Below are positions 1-10,569 of a DNA stretch of 64,000 nucleotides, in pieces. Source of the stretch: Candidatus Latescibacterota bacterium (lineage in GTDB: Bacteria; Latescibacterota; UBA2968; GCA-2709665); the NCBI GenBank assembly GCA_965226795.1, contig CBDDDZ010000005.1:1792001-1856000 (forward strand), read 5' to 3'. How positions within the stretch are numbered: position 1 is the stretch's first letter; each line of letters opens with the position of its first letter. The notes under the pieces are model-generated. The model was not told the origin of the DNA. It saw nothing but the letters and a program-made list of their open reading frames with translations, and searched no databases. The translations under genes and the position numbers were made by a program.

Positions 1-1122
1 GGCTTTGTCAACCGGGACATCCTCGAAACCGTTCTGGGTAACCTGCTCGAATGCGTGGCCCCCGGTTCACACAACGTACAGTCAGCCGGGCCGTCGGACA
101 GCCTCGAAGATGAAATCGGAGAGATCGCCGACCAGATCTATGCGATGATCGTGCAGTCGTTCCTGGCCGCGGAAGGAGACGTTAAAGATATCGAAACCCC
201 GGCCCTGGAAGCAACCTTTGCACTCCTAGCGGACCTGCCCCACCTCAAAAGCCGTGCGTTGTGGAACCGATTCGCATCGCTCAAGGATCCGGCGGTATGG
301 GATGCGTATATCGTGGCCAAACACCGAACCCGCATGGACAGGCTGGCGGATCTGGACCACAGTCCGGTACTGAACAGCGCGATCGACGGCCGTGATTTCG
401 GACCCTATCGTGAGTTCCTGAAGACCCAGAATCTGGACTTCGCATTCGATTATCTCATGCAGCTTGTCATCAGCACCTACCCCGGCTGGCGGGTGCTCTT
501 CTATCACGATGTTGCCCACGCCCTAACGGTGTCAGGACCGGCGGAGGGTCTTCCTCATGTCGAACGAGTGCCGGTACCGCTTCTACCGCGCGCTATTTCG
601 GAACTTGGCGGCCGGTATTACCAGGCCGACCTGCATCCTGAAACCGTGATCGGCGACGCAAACTTCCTGGATCATCCACACCGGGGCCTGACAACCGGCC
701 AGACCGGTGTGATCGGCTCCGGTTGTTACATCTATCCATGCACGATGGGTGGCCTCAGCGGCAAAGTCAGGCATCGGCACCCTGAAATCGGGGATCACGT
801 CCAGATAGGAACCGACGCCACCCTCCTGGGGCCCGTCAGAATCGGTAATCATTCCACCGTCGGTCCAAATACCCAGGTCTACGGCTTTGTGCAAACCGAC
901 ACGGAGTGCCGAATCGCCTCGTCGGTTGTCGTCGGCACCGTCTTGAGCGGCGACAGGAGGCCGGGCAGAATCCATCTGGGCAAGGGGGTTCGCGTGGGCG
1001 ACGGGACAGTGATCGAAAACAGCACCGAACTCGACCTGATCATCCCCGACAAAGCGGAAATACCCGCGCGAAGTCACGTCATTAACGACGGCTTCGGCAA
1101 TCCGCGTTTCGTGCGGGAATAA
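1..1122 (+). CDS. Serine O-acetyltransferase (CysE)-like hexapeptide-repeat acyltransferase with long N-terminal helical region; 5'-truncated by the window edge
   Basis: Frame 1 is open from base 1. It contains CysE-like PRAISE..DLHPETVIG..FLDH..G.T.VIG..MGG..RHPEIGDHVQIG..LLGPVRIG followed by extra left-handed beta-helix repeats. Confidence 0.7.
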   Translation, partial: GFVNRDILETVLGNLLECVAPGSHNVQSAGPSDSLEDEIGEIADQIYAMIVQSFLAAEGDVKDIETPALEATFALLADLPHLKSRALWNRFASLKDPAVWDAYIVAKHRTRMDRLADLDHSPVLNSAIDGRDFGPYREFLKTQNLDFAFDYLMQLVISTYPGWRVLFYHDVAHALTVSGPAEGLPHVERVPVPLLPRAISELGGRYYQADLHPETVIGDANFLDHPHRGLTTGQTGVIGSGCYIYPCTMGGLSGKVRHRHPEIGDHVQIGTDATLLGPVRIGNHSTVGPNTQVYGFVQTDTECRIASSVVVGTVLSGDRRPGRIHLGKGVRVGDGTVIENSTELDLIIPDKAEIPARSHVINDGFGNPRFVRE

Positions 1123-1301
1123 AAAAAGAGCGAGGCGTACTATTCATATGCTCCGCTTCTCAGGGTCTTCACGGCCGATTGATCCGACTCAGTGTCGCCT
1201 CGTCCTTTGGGCATCGGTTCCTAATCGCGCACGAATGTCCGAGGATCGGCCCATAACCACCGCGTCTGGAAACCGCGCGTAAGCCCATTGGTAATGCCTC
1301 G

Positions 1302-2135
1302 CTACCGCGGTGCTTCTTTGTGGAACTCGATATCGGCATACCATGCCGACGCCCTGCTGTTCGTATTGTCGGTATCCGTCATCAGATAGACCCGTAGTAT
1401 TTTTCCCGGTTCTTCCCCCGGGTATCCTCTCTTGTAGTCCTCGTAAAGATTCCGCACTTCCGGCACCCATTGCGTCATCCTGCCCGGCCCGCTTTCCACG
1501 ACAATTCGCCGCCACGACAGTTTCCAGACAAATGGGATTATTGTGGTCTCCGACTTGAACATAAGCGACTCCGGCAGTGTATTGGACCAGACGTAAGCGA
1601 TCTCCCGGATGTTGTTCGTGCCCTTCTCCAGGATCGCGATTCCCAATTTCGCGCTGAAGTCGTCGTCCTGTTTCTTCAAACTGCCGCCCTTATCCAGTCG
1701 CTGCCGACCGATCGTCGAATAATCCACCTTCCAACGCCACGTCATATACGGGTTTTCGGCCACGTCGATCAGTGTGTCAAACCCATGCTTCCTGATTATC
1801 TTTTCGAACTCTCTGGGCGGCCGCTTACATTGCGCGATCCACGGGTAACGTGCTGGATCCAGCGCCATCGGACGGCCTGATCGTGTCGGTATCTGCCAGA
1901 GCAGCGCGGCGGACCCTTCGCTGACGAAGCGCACCGTGTTGTTCGCGTACTGGAACTTCGTTTTCGTCTTGCATTCCGCCCAATCCCTCTGCAGCCATGA
2001 GCTCATGTCTACCCGCAGCCCCTCTCCTTCCGCCTGTGCAACTGCGAAGGCGACGCTGGCCGACCAGGTGAGCGCGAAGAAGGTAAACCAACAAACCCGC
2101 CGGACGTGCATCATGCCGATACTTACCCGCCTCAT
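1302..2135 (-). CDS. DUF3047 domain exported protein
   Basis: Signal peptide; motifs PYMTWRWKV, DDFSAK, IAYVWS, VVESG..WVPEVRNLYEDYKR, MTDTDNT..A.Y.DI are typical of DUF3047. Confidence 0.8.
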   Translation of the reverse strand: MRRVSIGMMHVRRVCWFTFFALTWSASVAFAVAQAEGEGLRVDMSSWLQRDWAECKTKTKFQYANNTVRFVSEGSAALLWQIPTRSGRPMALDPARYPWIAQCKRPPREFEKIIRKHGFDTLIDVAENPYMTWRWKVDYSTIGRQRLDKGGSLKKQDDDFSAKLGIAILEKGTNNIREIAYVWSNTLPESLMFKSETTIIPFVWKLSWRRIVVESGPGRMTQWVPEVRNLYEDYKRGYPGEEPGKILRVYLMTDTDNTNSRASAWYADIEFHKEAPR

Positions 2136-2138
2136 GAA

Positions 2139-3257
2139 TTAGTGCGACATTATCTTTCTATAGACCCCCAGAGTCTTTCGCGCGCAATCCTGCCAGGTGT
2201 AATGGGCGGCCCGACGCCGCCCCTTGACCACAAGGCGTTCCCGCAATGCCTCATCCTGTATCAGACGCGTCATTCCGCTGGCGATGGACGCGACCTCCAA
2301 CGGATTTACAAGTACGGCCGCATCGCCGGCGATTTCCGACAGAGAGGACGCATCCGAGGTCAAAACGGGACATCCGCTGGCCATCGCTTCAATCACAGGC
2401 AGCCCGAAACCCTCTGCAACAGATGGAAAAACGAAGAAAACAGCTTCCTTGAAGCACGCCCGTACTTCGCCATCGCTCAGTTGCTCGGTAAATAGGACGT
2501 TTCGAGTGATCCCGAGGTTCCGGGTGAGTTCTGCCAGCGTGGCGTATCCGTCGCCTCTTCCGCTGATCAGCAGGAACAGATCCGGACATTTTTTCGCGAC
2601 CATGCCGAATGCCTCGACTAAACGCCGGATATTCTTGTATGGCTTTGTATTGCCCAGGGAGAAGATGAATCGCCGTCCACGGCAGACTTCAGGAAGCGCT
2701 CCCGCAACGTTGTCTTCCCTGGATGACCCGTCACTTCCGTGATGAATTACCGTGAATTTCGAAGGCGACCCCGGATATCGCGCAAGTGCGTCCTGCCGTG
2801 TCGTTTCGGAAACCGCAATCACATGGTGGGCTTTCCTTACGGAATTCCCGATCCAAGGACCGGCGAAACGGCGTGCCATCCATCCGCGCCATCGCGCTTC
2901 GTAGGCGATATCGGGGGAATTTATCCAAATCAAATCATGCAGGGTGAGGACAATCCGCCCGGCGCGGACGCCGAGGGGAAGAAGATGAAAGAGACAATGG
3001 TATATGTCGGCCCGGAGAGGGTTCACGAACCTGGCCCCTCCGACAATGTTTCGGACGGTTGAAATTCCATATGGAACCGCGATATCCGTAAAATTGGGCT
3101 GTTCTACAAGCGGACGCGGATAGGCGGCCCGCCTCAACAGCAGGTAATCGTTGTGCCGATCCAGCCGGGCAATGGCCCGGACCAGGCTGAACGCATACCG
3201 ACCGACGCCGGTTTCGACGTCCCGGACCTCTCGCGCATCGATGCAGATTCTCACCAT
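2139..3257 (-). CDS. Glycosyltransferase family 4 (GT-B)
   Basis: RICIDAR..GVGRY, TLHDLI, KPYKN and EGFGLPVIEAMASGCPV. The ATG at 3257 follows an AGGAGG RBS. Confidence 0.92.
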   Translation of the reverse strand: MVRICIDAREVRDVETGVGRYAFSLVRAIARLDRHNDYLLLRRAAYPRPLVEQPNFTDIAVPYGISTVRNIVGGARFVNPLRADIYHCLFHLLPLGVRAGRIVLTLHDLIWINSPDIAYEARWRGWMARRFAGPWIGNSVRKAHHVIAVSETTRQDALARYPGSPSKFTVIHHGSDGSSREDNVAGALPEVCRGRRFIFSLGNTKPYKNIRRLVEAFGMVAKKCPDLFLLISGRGDGYATLAELTRNLGITRNVLFTEQLSDGEVRACFKEAVFFVFPSVAEGFGLPVIEAMASGCPVLTSDASSLSEIAGDAAVLVNPLEVASIASGMTRLIQDEALRERLVVKGRRRAAHYTWQDCARKTLGVYRKIMSH

Positions 3258-3267
3258 GCCTCCTCTC

Positions 3268-4788
3268 TCACACGAAGATCCGTCTGATCCGGTTATAGAC
3301 CCGCAACCCGAACTGCCTTTCTTCATCTTCTATGCCAAGCAGACAGATAAACCCCCCAAAGCACAGAAAAGTCAGCAGGGCGTGGCCCAGAACATCCCAC
3401 AGGGGCGCGACCGAGTCAAATGGGCCACTCACCGTCAACAATAGAGCGGTCGCGCAGCCGGCAAGCAGTGGCTTGCAGAGTTTGATCGAAAACGCATGCA
3501 CTTTCAGCCGTCGAAATACCCACCACGAGGAGAGTGCCTGAGACAGAATTGCCGTGAATGCGGCACCGATCGCTGCTCCCATCGGGCCAAAACGGTGAGC
3601 CAGTATAAAAGTAGCAATCCCGCTGACCAGCAGCGTTACGACTCTAACGCCCATGAGGGCGTCGGGATGCCCGGTCATTACCAGAACATAGCCCGACAAA
3701 CCCAACAGAGCAGACGCGGCAGCGCCAAGCAACAGAATCATCAACCAGGGATATCCCTCCGAGAACTCCGACCCGACGAATGCGGCGATCTGGCTCCCCT
3801 TGAAAGCGAAAACGAGCAGAATGGGAACGGTGACCAGCGTAACCCATCGAGTCACCAGTTTGAAGAAATCATCCAGACGCGAGATCTCTCCACGGGCGTG
3901 GTATTCCGCAAAGAAAGGGTTCGCAATTGGATCGAATGCGCCGGAGACAGCGCGCACGATCCCGGCCAGCTGGATCATCACGCCATATACGGCGATGGTC
4001 TCCGGCTCGATGAATGATCCGACAATGACGACGTCCAATCGTCCGTTGAGTTCCGCGATCAGATCGATCAGAAACATCGAAAACGAAAAACGAAAGAGTT
4101 TTCGCTCAAATCCGACCCCCCTTTTGGACCACATTCGCCATGGAAAGAACCTGGGAACCGGTATGATGGAACAAAAAAACACGATGGCCATGGAGACCAG
4201 ATATGCCCCGCAGATCCCCGTCAGGTCCATTCCTAGATAGTAGAACAGGATCGCAAAGCCGATCAACAACGCGGGCTCGGTAAGTCCTCTTACGTACAGC
4301 TGATATTCCATAACCTTGTGCGCGATTGGAATCTGCAGCAGCAACCCGCCCATGGTCTGGAAGAAGACGACGAATGCCATCCATCGCAGTGCTATTTCCA
4401 CCCGCTCTCGACCGATTAACCCCCCGAGCGCATCGGCGAAGAGAAAACAGCCCAGGCTGACGCCGAGGCTCAAAACGCCTCCCGCAAAAAGGGCTGTTCT
4501 GACGCTCCCCAGGGCCCGCTGTTTCTCGCCCCGGGACTGATGGAAGGCCAGGTGCCGGAGCAATGCCTTGTCGAGACCGAAAAACGCAAACCGGGAAAAC
4601 AGATTCACCCAGGTCCAGGCGAGATAATAGAGACCGTAGGAAGCAGGAGAATACAGACGTGCGGCAATGAGATAGAATCCCGGGCGACCCAGCTTCGAAA
4701 AAAGGGCCAGGAGATTGACACCCACGCCGCGGGAGAGTGTCGCAAGATCCAGCGCTTCGCGCCTCTCTTGCTCGTTGTTTTCAGCCAT
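3268..4788 (-). CDS. Polysaccharide flippase (Wzx/MATE-like)
   Basis: Many TM segments, ARLYSPASYGLY, RLDVVIVG and FGPMGAAIG; lies between two glycosyltransferases. Confidence 0.88.
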   Translation of the reverse strand: MAENNEQERREALDLATLSRGVGVNLLALFSKLGRPGFYLIAARLYSPASYGLYYLAWTWVNLFSRFAFFGLDKALLRHLAFHQSRGEKQRALGSVRTALFAGGVLSLGVSLGCFLFADALGGLIGRERVEIALRWMAFVVFFQTMGGLLLQIPIAHKVMEYQLYVRGLTEPALLIGFAILFYYLGMDLTGICGAYLVSMAIVFFCSIIPVPRFFPWRMWSKRGVGFERKLFRFSFSMFLIDLIAELNGRLDVVIVGSFIEPETIAVYGVMIQLAGIVRAVSGAFDPIANPFFAEYHARGEISRLDDFFKLVTRWVTLVTVPILLVFAFKGSQIAAFVGSEFSEGYPWLMILLLGAAASALLGLSGYVLVMTGHPDALMGVRVVTLLVSGIATFILAHRFGPMGAAIGAAFTAILSQALSSWWVFRRLKVHAFSIKLCKPLLAGCATALLLTVSGPFDSVAPLWDVLGHALLTFLCFGGFICLLGIEDEERQFGLRVYNRIRRIFV

Positions 4789-4794
4789 TCAGCC

Positions 4795-5700
4795 TCAAAT
4801 CCCGGCCCCGTTTCTGCGGGTTTGCCGGTAGAGACCCATACCGGTCCGTATACCTTGCGCCAGCGCCCTCAGTTTCGGCGGCATTGTCCACCAGAAACCG
4901 AACGTGCTGAAATGGCCGCGCAAAATAAAAAAACGCACAAACAGATTGAGGATAAAGTACGGCAGCATCCGTTTGTCAAAGTGTTTCAACCAGAAATACA
5001 GCTCATTGGAATAGGTCCCCGGATCGGCCGCCTGATCCGTTACCCGGCAGCCTCCGGACGGCGCTGCGTGGTGAAAAACCGCGGCTCCCGGCTCGAAAAC
5101 CATTCGACCGGTCCCGGTTTCGAGATATCGGAGACAGAAATCCGTATCCTCCCGAAGCGCGCTTCCCACGAACTGTTCGTCAAAACCGCCGCAGCGCAGC
5201 GCCTGCTCGCGGAGGAATGAGAAATTCCCTCCCGGACCGTGCGAGACATTCCGGCGCCAGCTTGCATGGAAGTTCGAGATCACACGACCATACCACGTCA
5301 CCGAACCACAGCGCGTCGGTTCGGGGCGGCAAAGGCTTTGCGCATTCAGGATTCCACCGGCCACGGCGCTGACCTCCTCCGCGTCATAGTTGCGCAAATG
5401 CCTCCAGATGAAATCGCCAGGCAGATCAACATCGTCGTCCAGGTAGAGAATGACCTCCCCCCGGGCCTTTTTCATGCCCAGATTTCGTGCGCGCGTCAGA
5501 CCGACCGTATCCGTTCGTTCGTACAGGATGCGTTCGCGGATGGACGTCAGATACGCACGGACTTCCGGAGGGTGCTCCGTGGCCTGGTCAATCACAATCA
5601 CCTCGAACGACGGATACGTCTGCCGCAATGCCTGCTCCAGTGTTCTGCGCAGGAAGACCGAGCGGTTGTAGGTTGGGATAATGACCGATACGTGTTTCAT
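4795..5700 (-). CDS. Glycosyltransferase family 2
   Basis: VSVIIPTYNR, ARNLG, YLDDD, GGFDE.F and EDTDFCLR. Likely start is MKHV at 5700. Confidence 0.92.
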   Translation of the reverse strand: MKHVSVIIPTYNRSVFLRRTLEQALRQTYPSFEVIVIDQATEHPPEVRAYLTSIRERILYERTDTVGLTRARNLGMKKARGEVILYLDDDVDLPGDFIWRHLRNYDAEEVSAVAGGILNAQSLCRPEPTRCGSVTWYGRVISNFHASWRRNVSHGPGGNFSFLREQALRCGGFDEQFVGSALREDTDFCLRYLETGTGRMVFEPGAAVFHHAAPSGGCRVTDQAADPGTYSNELYFWLKHFDKRMLPYFILNLFVRFFILRGHFSTFGFWWTMPPKLRALAQGIRTGMGLYRQTRRNGAGI

Positions 5701-5964
5701 GTCGGAAGCAGTCAGATCGCGGCATCCCGCCTTCCAAGACAGCGTCGGCCGGATATCGTCGGAAAAGAGGTTGTAATCGACTAGTGCATTCGGGCAATAC
5801 CTGTGCGGGTCGACATATCCGCCAGACCATAGACTGAGGCGCCCGTTATGCAAAACCTGGACAATCGTCGTCGGACCTGTACCGGGAGGCGGGTGTGCCG
5901 CGGAAAACACCTCGCCTATCCCGCAGTCTGCAGGCGTGACGAGGCCAAAAATCCGGACAGTATT

Positions 5965-7050
5965 CTAACTGCCACCCAGCACGGGAAGTTCCACAGATGG
6001 CGCATCCGAAGCACAGAACGAAATAACGCGATCGTGCAGCGAGGGGCCGTTCAACTCTCTGTAGTACGCGAACAGGTACTCGTTCATGTAACCGGCGTTC
6101 CTGCCCCCACGCTCCTCCGCCCACGCACAAACCTTTCTGTCCGAACCCTGCACATTGTACCACTCCCGGGCCAATTTCAATACCCACGTATCCACAGGCA
6201 CGGCATCAAGCCGTTCCAGCGCGAACAGGTCTATACACTTGCCCACCTTCAGACCGACGCCGGTTCCGGCCCGTGTCTTCAAAGCATCCACGATATCCCG
6301 CCAGTCATCCAGAGACAACCGCGCCGGATCAGCTCCCACTCGATCGGAAACAATCCGGGCCGTTGCAACCACGCGTTCCGACCGCCACCCGAAACGGTTA
6401 AGCCTGAAATACGGACCGTTCAACCGGGCCAGTGCGTCGGGTACGGGAAACGTACAGTATCTTCTTCCCATAAACTCAACCTGGCGGCCCCACGTTTCAG
6501 CCAGGAAATTTACCCGCCGCTTGGTCAGATTCATATGCGCCTGCACCGACAGCACATACGAAATCACACACTCGAAAGGCATCTGCCGGACAAACCGAAA
6601 TCCCTTCAGCAGATCCCTTGCGCGGCGCAGGTATCTGTCTCCGCGCGGGACCCGAATTCGGGGCCTCTCGTTCAATCTCAGGTACCAGGCGAGAAATTCA
6701 GCAACGGACATCTCGCCCTGGTAGGTAGCGACGCTCGATGCCCCCGCACGGTATTGCAGCGCGTCGCCAACCTGACGCAGATGGAAAACGGTTTCATAGG
6801 CAACGCCCTTCCACCAACCATCCACGTCGCGGCCCCACCGGAATACCTGTCCTCCGGCCAACGTGTACCCCAGGCTGAATTCACTGGTTTCAATCTGGCC
6901 GGTATCAGGTCGGCGGGTGGACGCACGAGTGTTCCGCTGAAACCCGATATCCCGCGCTGGTTCACCCGCCGGCGGCTCCGGCCGGCGGCACTTGATTGAC
7001 ATTTCACCCATTTCGCTTTCCATTATAGGTATTTTGACGGGATGCGGCAA
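5965..7050 (-). CDS. ogg: 8-oxoguanine DNA glycosylase/AP lyase (Ogg1 family, HhH-GPD)
   Basis: N-terminal TLAGGQVFRW, FECVISYVLS, and HhH GVGLKVGKC plus VPVDTWV with catalytic Lys and Asp. The start position is uncertain. Confidence 0.85.
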   Translation of the reverse strand: MPHPVKIPIMESEMGEMSIKCRRPEPPAGEPARDIGFQRNTRASTRRPDTGQIETSEFSLGYTLAGGQVFRWGRDVDGWWKGVAYETVFHLRQVGDALQYRAGASSVATYQGEMSVAEFLAWYLRLNERPRIRVPRGDRYLRRARDLLKGFRFVRQMPFECVISYVLSVQAHMNLTKRRVNFLAETWGRQVEFMGRRYCTFPVPDALARLNGPYFRLNRFGWRSERVVATARIVSDRVGADPARLSLDDWRDIVDALKTRAGTGVGLKVGKCIDLFALERLDAVPVDTWVLKLAREWYNVQGSDRKVCAWAEERGGRNAGYMNEYLFAYYRELNGPSLHDRVISFCASDAPSVELPVLGGS

Positions 7051-7411
7051 GCTTCCAGTTTTCCCGACGAATTCTCAGGTGATCTTACCGCATTCCTGCT
7101 GAGAAGCAGCGAATCCGTACGACGCGTGATCGGGCCGACGGATTCTCCGTGAGACCGGTGCCCGCCCGGCCCGAGCGCCTGTCTGAGGGATGACAGGCCG
7201 CGCGAGAACGTGGAGGAGGCGCCGGCGAACAGCCGCCGCATTGACGCCAATTCAATCCCCTTGCACCGGACGTGTACATACTGAACCGAGGACGCTTCGC
7301 AGGTATATAGACCTTGACTTGGACGCGTTGCCCGGTTATGTTTGGCAAGCAATTACTTGCAGTTGCCTCAGCGCTTGCCAAAGCGCTTGTTATGTGCGAA
7401 CAGGATGCCGC

Positions 7412-9781
7412 GTGGACGCCCCAAACAACCTCTTCTCGGAAACTCCAATCCGCGAGGAAATCCCCGAAGACATTCTCGCCGCCACGCATAACGTTCTTGC
7501 GTCCGACGAGGAGATTCTTCTGTCCGTCTCAACCGATCTCCGGTTCGATGGTGTTTATGGGCCGGCGTGGCTGGTGGCGACCGGTCGGAAACTGATCGGT
7601 ATCAGCCCGACTGAAAACGGGCTTCCTGAGATCCTCAGTATTCGCCTCGCGGAGATTACCCGCGTGGAGGTGCTTGAACTGTTCGGCAGCGGTGTGCTCA
7701 AAATACGGACCTCGAAAAACGGTGCTTCGCTGGCCTTTTTCACCAAGACGCTGCTTCCCAAGTTCTCGAAAGTTCCCCCTCAAATTGAACGCCTCGTCAG
7801 ACACTGCAAACCCGTACCGGCCGATACGCGAATCGCAAGATCGAGTGTAGACGGATTTGGCGCCCGAAAGCGGCGATGTGAACGGTGCCAGCAGGTGATC
7901 CCACACTGGATGGGTGTCTGTCCGATGTGCCTTGATTCCCGCAAACTGTTCTTCCGCCTCCTGGGTTACGCGAAGCCCTATTGGCAAATAGGGGTCGTCA
8001 GCCTCATCCTTCTTTTGACCGCCACGTTTATCGGCCTGACGCCGCCTCTGCTGATGCGCTCCCTCATCGATGACGTCCTGGTGGCCGACACGAGAGGATC
8101 GACAACGGGGGTGTCCTTAATTCCCGCCGAGCCGCGTTCTTCCGTTCCAAGGAGCCAGACGCCGGGTCCGGCGCCGCCCACGGGGCTCGATAAGCGTACG
8201 ATGCTCTCCGTGCTGGTGTTTCTCCTTTTGCTGGTCAACATATCACGCAACGGGCTCAGTGCCGTGCGCACGTATCTGCTCGCGAAACTCGGCCAACGAA
8301 TCACGTTCGATCTTCGCAAACAGGTCTATCGACATCTCCACTATCTCTCGCTCAGTTTCTACAACGAACGGGAAACCGGGCGCATCATGTCGAACATCAC
8401 CCAGGACGTCAACCGCCTCCAGGACTTCATCTCGGACGGCCTCCAGGAAATCATCCGGGACATCGCCACCATCATAATCATCTGTATTATTCTCTTTTCG
8501 CTGAACCCCGCTCTGGCGGCTTTCGTCCTGCTGCCCACCCCCCTGCTGATCCTGGTGACGCGTTACTTCGGACGAAGGCTGCATGACCTCTACCATAGTC
8601 TCTGGCGCCGGTGGGCGGATATCCACGCTCTGCTTGCAGATACGATCCCCGGGGTGCGCGTGGTTAAGGCCTTTGCCCAGGAAAAGCGAGAGGTAAACAA
8701 GTTCGAGAACAGGAGTTGGGGCCTGCTCTCAGGTGAAATCCGTGTGGCGAGAGTTCGAAGCACGTTTGCACCTATTATGACCTTCCTCACCTCTCTGGGC
8801 ACCCTCATCATCTGGTGGATGGGCGGCAACAAAGTTCTGAACGGCGGGTTGTCAATCGGCGAATTCGTAGCGTTCACGGGATACATGTGGCAATTCTACG
8901 GTCCCGTGGAAAGCCTGTGCCGTCTCAACCACCGTTTCCAGCGTGCAGCCACGTCGGCCGAACGTATTTTCGAAGTCCTCGATACACAGTCCGACGTTGC
9001 GGACCGGCCCGGGGCCAATGCCCTGCCGCGAATCTCAGGTTCCGTGGAATTCTCCGGGGTTACGTTCTCGTACGAGCCCGGTAAACCCATCCTCAAAGAT
9101 CTGACTTTCAGAGCGGAACCGGGGGAAATGATCGGCCTCGCCGGTCATAGCGGCGCAGGGAAAAGCACGCTTATCAACCTCATTTGCCGATTTTACGATG
9201 TACAGCAAGGCGTCATCCGCGTTGACGGCCGCGACATCAGGGAAGTCTCTCTCAAGTCCCTGAGGACGCAAATCGGCGTGGTCCTGCAGGATCCGTTTAT
9301 GTTCAACGGTTCCGTCGCGGAAAACATCGCCTACGGCAAACCCGACGCAACGCTGGACGAGATCGTCGCGGCTGCAAAAGCGGCAAATGCACACGATTTC
9401 ATATTGGATTTTCCCGAAGGCTACGACACGTCTGTGGGCGAACGAGGCCTGCGTGTCTCGGGCGGCGAACGCCAGCGCCTTTCCATCGCGCGGGCTATCT
9501 TGAGGAACCCCCGCATTCTGATCCTGGACGAAGCAACGGCCAGCGTGGACACGGAAACCGAAGCTCAGATCCAGGACGCTATCGCACGCCTGATTTCGGG
9601 CAGAACCACCTTTGCAATTGCCCATCGCCTGTCGACGCTCAAAAATGCCAACCGCCTGCTGATCCTTGACAAAGGCGAATTGGCCGAGATGGGCACGCAC
9701 GACGACCTTATCAAACGCGACGGGATCTTTGCCCGTCTCTGCCGCATGCAAAACGAAATGTCGCAATTGCGAGCCTGGTAG
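7412..9781 (+). CDS. ABC exporter (TMD+NBD) with N-terminal PH-like domain and CxxC-CxxC zinc ribbon
   Basis: Walker A GHSGAGKST, signature VSGGERQR, ILILDEAT, AHRLST; N-terminal RCERC..CPMC. The GTG start at 7412 is inferred; the ORF is open from 7190. Confidence 0.9.
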   Translation: MDAPNNLFSETPIREEIPEDILAATHNVLASDEEILLSVSTDLRFDGVYGPAWLVATGRKLIGISPTENGLPEILSIRLAEITRVEVLELFGSGVLKIRTSKNGASLAFFTKTLLPKFSKVPPQIERLVRHCKPVPADTRIARSSVDGFGARKRRCERCQQVIPHWMGVCPMCLDSRKLFFRLLGYAKPYWQIGVVSLILLLTATFIGLTPPLLMRSLIDDVLVADTRGSTTGVSLIPAEPRSSVPRSQTPGPAPPTGLDKRTMLSVLVFLLLLVNISRNGLSAVRTYLLAKLGQRITFDLRKQVYRHLHYLSLSFYNERETGRIMSNITQDVNRLQDFISDGLQEIIRDIATIIIICIILFSLNPALAAFVLLPTPLLILVTRYFGRRLHDLYHSLWRRWADIHALLADTIPGVRVVKAFAQEKREVNKFENRSWGLLSGEIRVARVRSTFAPIMTFLTSLGTLIIWWMGGNKVLNGGLSIGEFVAFTGYMWQFYGPVESLCRLNHRFQRAATSAERIFEVLDTQSDVADRPGANALPRISGSVEFSGVTFSYEPGKPILKDLTFRAEPGEMIGLAGHSGAGKSTLINLICRFYDVQQGVIRVDGRDIREVSLKSLRTQIGVVLQDPFMFNGSVAENIAYGKPDATLDEIVAAAKAANAHDFILDFPEGYDTSVGERGLRVSGGERQRLSIARAILRNPRILILDEATASVDTETEAQIQDAIARLISGRTTFAIAHRLSTLKNANRLLILDKGELAEMGTHDDLIKRDGIFARLCRMQNEMSQLRAW

Positions 9782-9823
9782 GCGAATTGTCGCTCGGACG
9801 CATCCTGGAATCCTGGTTCTGCT

Positions 9824-10330
9824 ATGCAACAAGAGTATCATCTCGAACAGGAATTAACGCTGCTGGATCCTGACCGGACCCGCCTCCGTCGGGATGAATT
9901 CACGGATTTGATCCTGGAATACCGGGGTGAGTGCCAACCGGTTACGGCGCATCGCGCCTTTCCGCTCACGGCTACCGGTGAATTCATCGTCCTCAGGAGT
10001 GTCGACGGTGCGGAGATCGGTGCTATCCGGGACATTGCAAGCCTGGATGATGAAAGCCGCAACACCCTCGAGTCCGACCTGGAGCGCACATATTTCGCAC
10101 CGGTCATACTTCAGGTAAACAGACTTGAAGAAAACTTCCACATCCCGAAATGGGACGTGGAAACCGATAGTGGCCACCGCGTATTCGAGGTCCGCAGCCG
10201 AAGGCGCGACATACGCGTCATGCCTGGAGGCCGGATTCTGCTCAGGGATGTCGATGGAAACCGCTATGAGATTCCCGACTACAGAGTGTTGGATCCCGTC
10301 AGCCGCGCCCTCGTCGAGACGTTGATCTGA
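9824..10330 (+). CDS. DUF1854 family protein
   Basis: RAFPLT, EIGAIRD..LD..SR..LE..L..TYF.PVI, WDVETDSG and DVDGNRYEIPD..LD..SR; directly after the ABC exporter. Confidence 0.85.
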   Translation: MQQEYHLEQELTLLDPDRTRLRRDEFTDLILEYRGECQPVTAHRAFPLTATGEFIVLRSVDGAEIGAIRDIASLDDESRNTLESDLERTYFAPVILQVNRLEENFHIPKWDVETDSGHRVFEVRSRRRDIRVMPGGRILLRDVDGNRYEIPDYRVLDPVSRALVETLI

Positions 10331-10569
10331 TCGCCGGCTGCCCGGCCGGAACGGCCGGGGTCGTCCGCGTTCAGTGTCTTGTCCTGTAATGGGGCCCGTT
10401 GACGGTTTGTGCACGCGGCCACCGCGATCCCAGCCTTCACAGAGGGGTTCGCCACGGACTTTCTGATCGCCCATTGTCCATTTCCATTCCTGACATACAT
10501 CGTGTTTCAAAATAGAATATTGCCCCCGGATACCCGCAACCGTCATTTCGAACCACAGGAGATGTCCCG

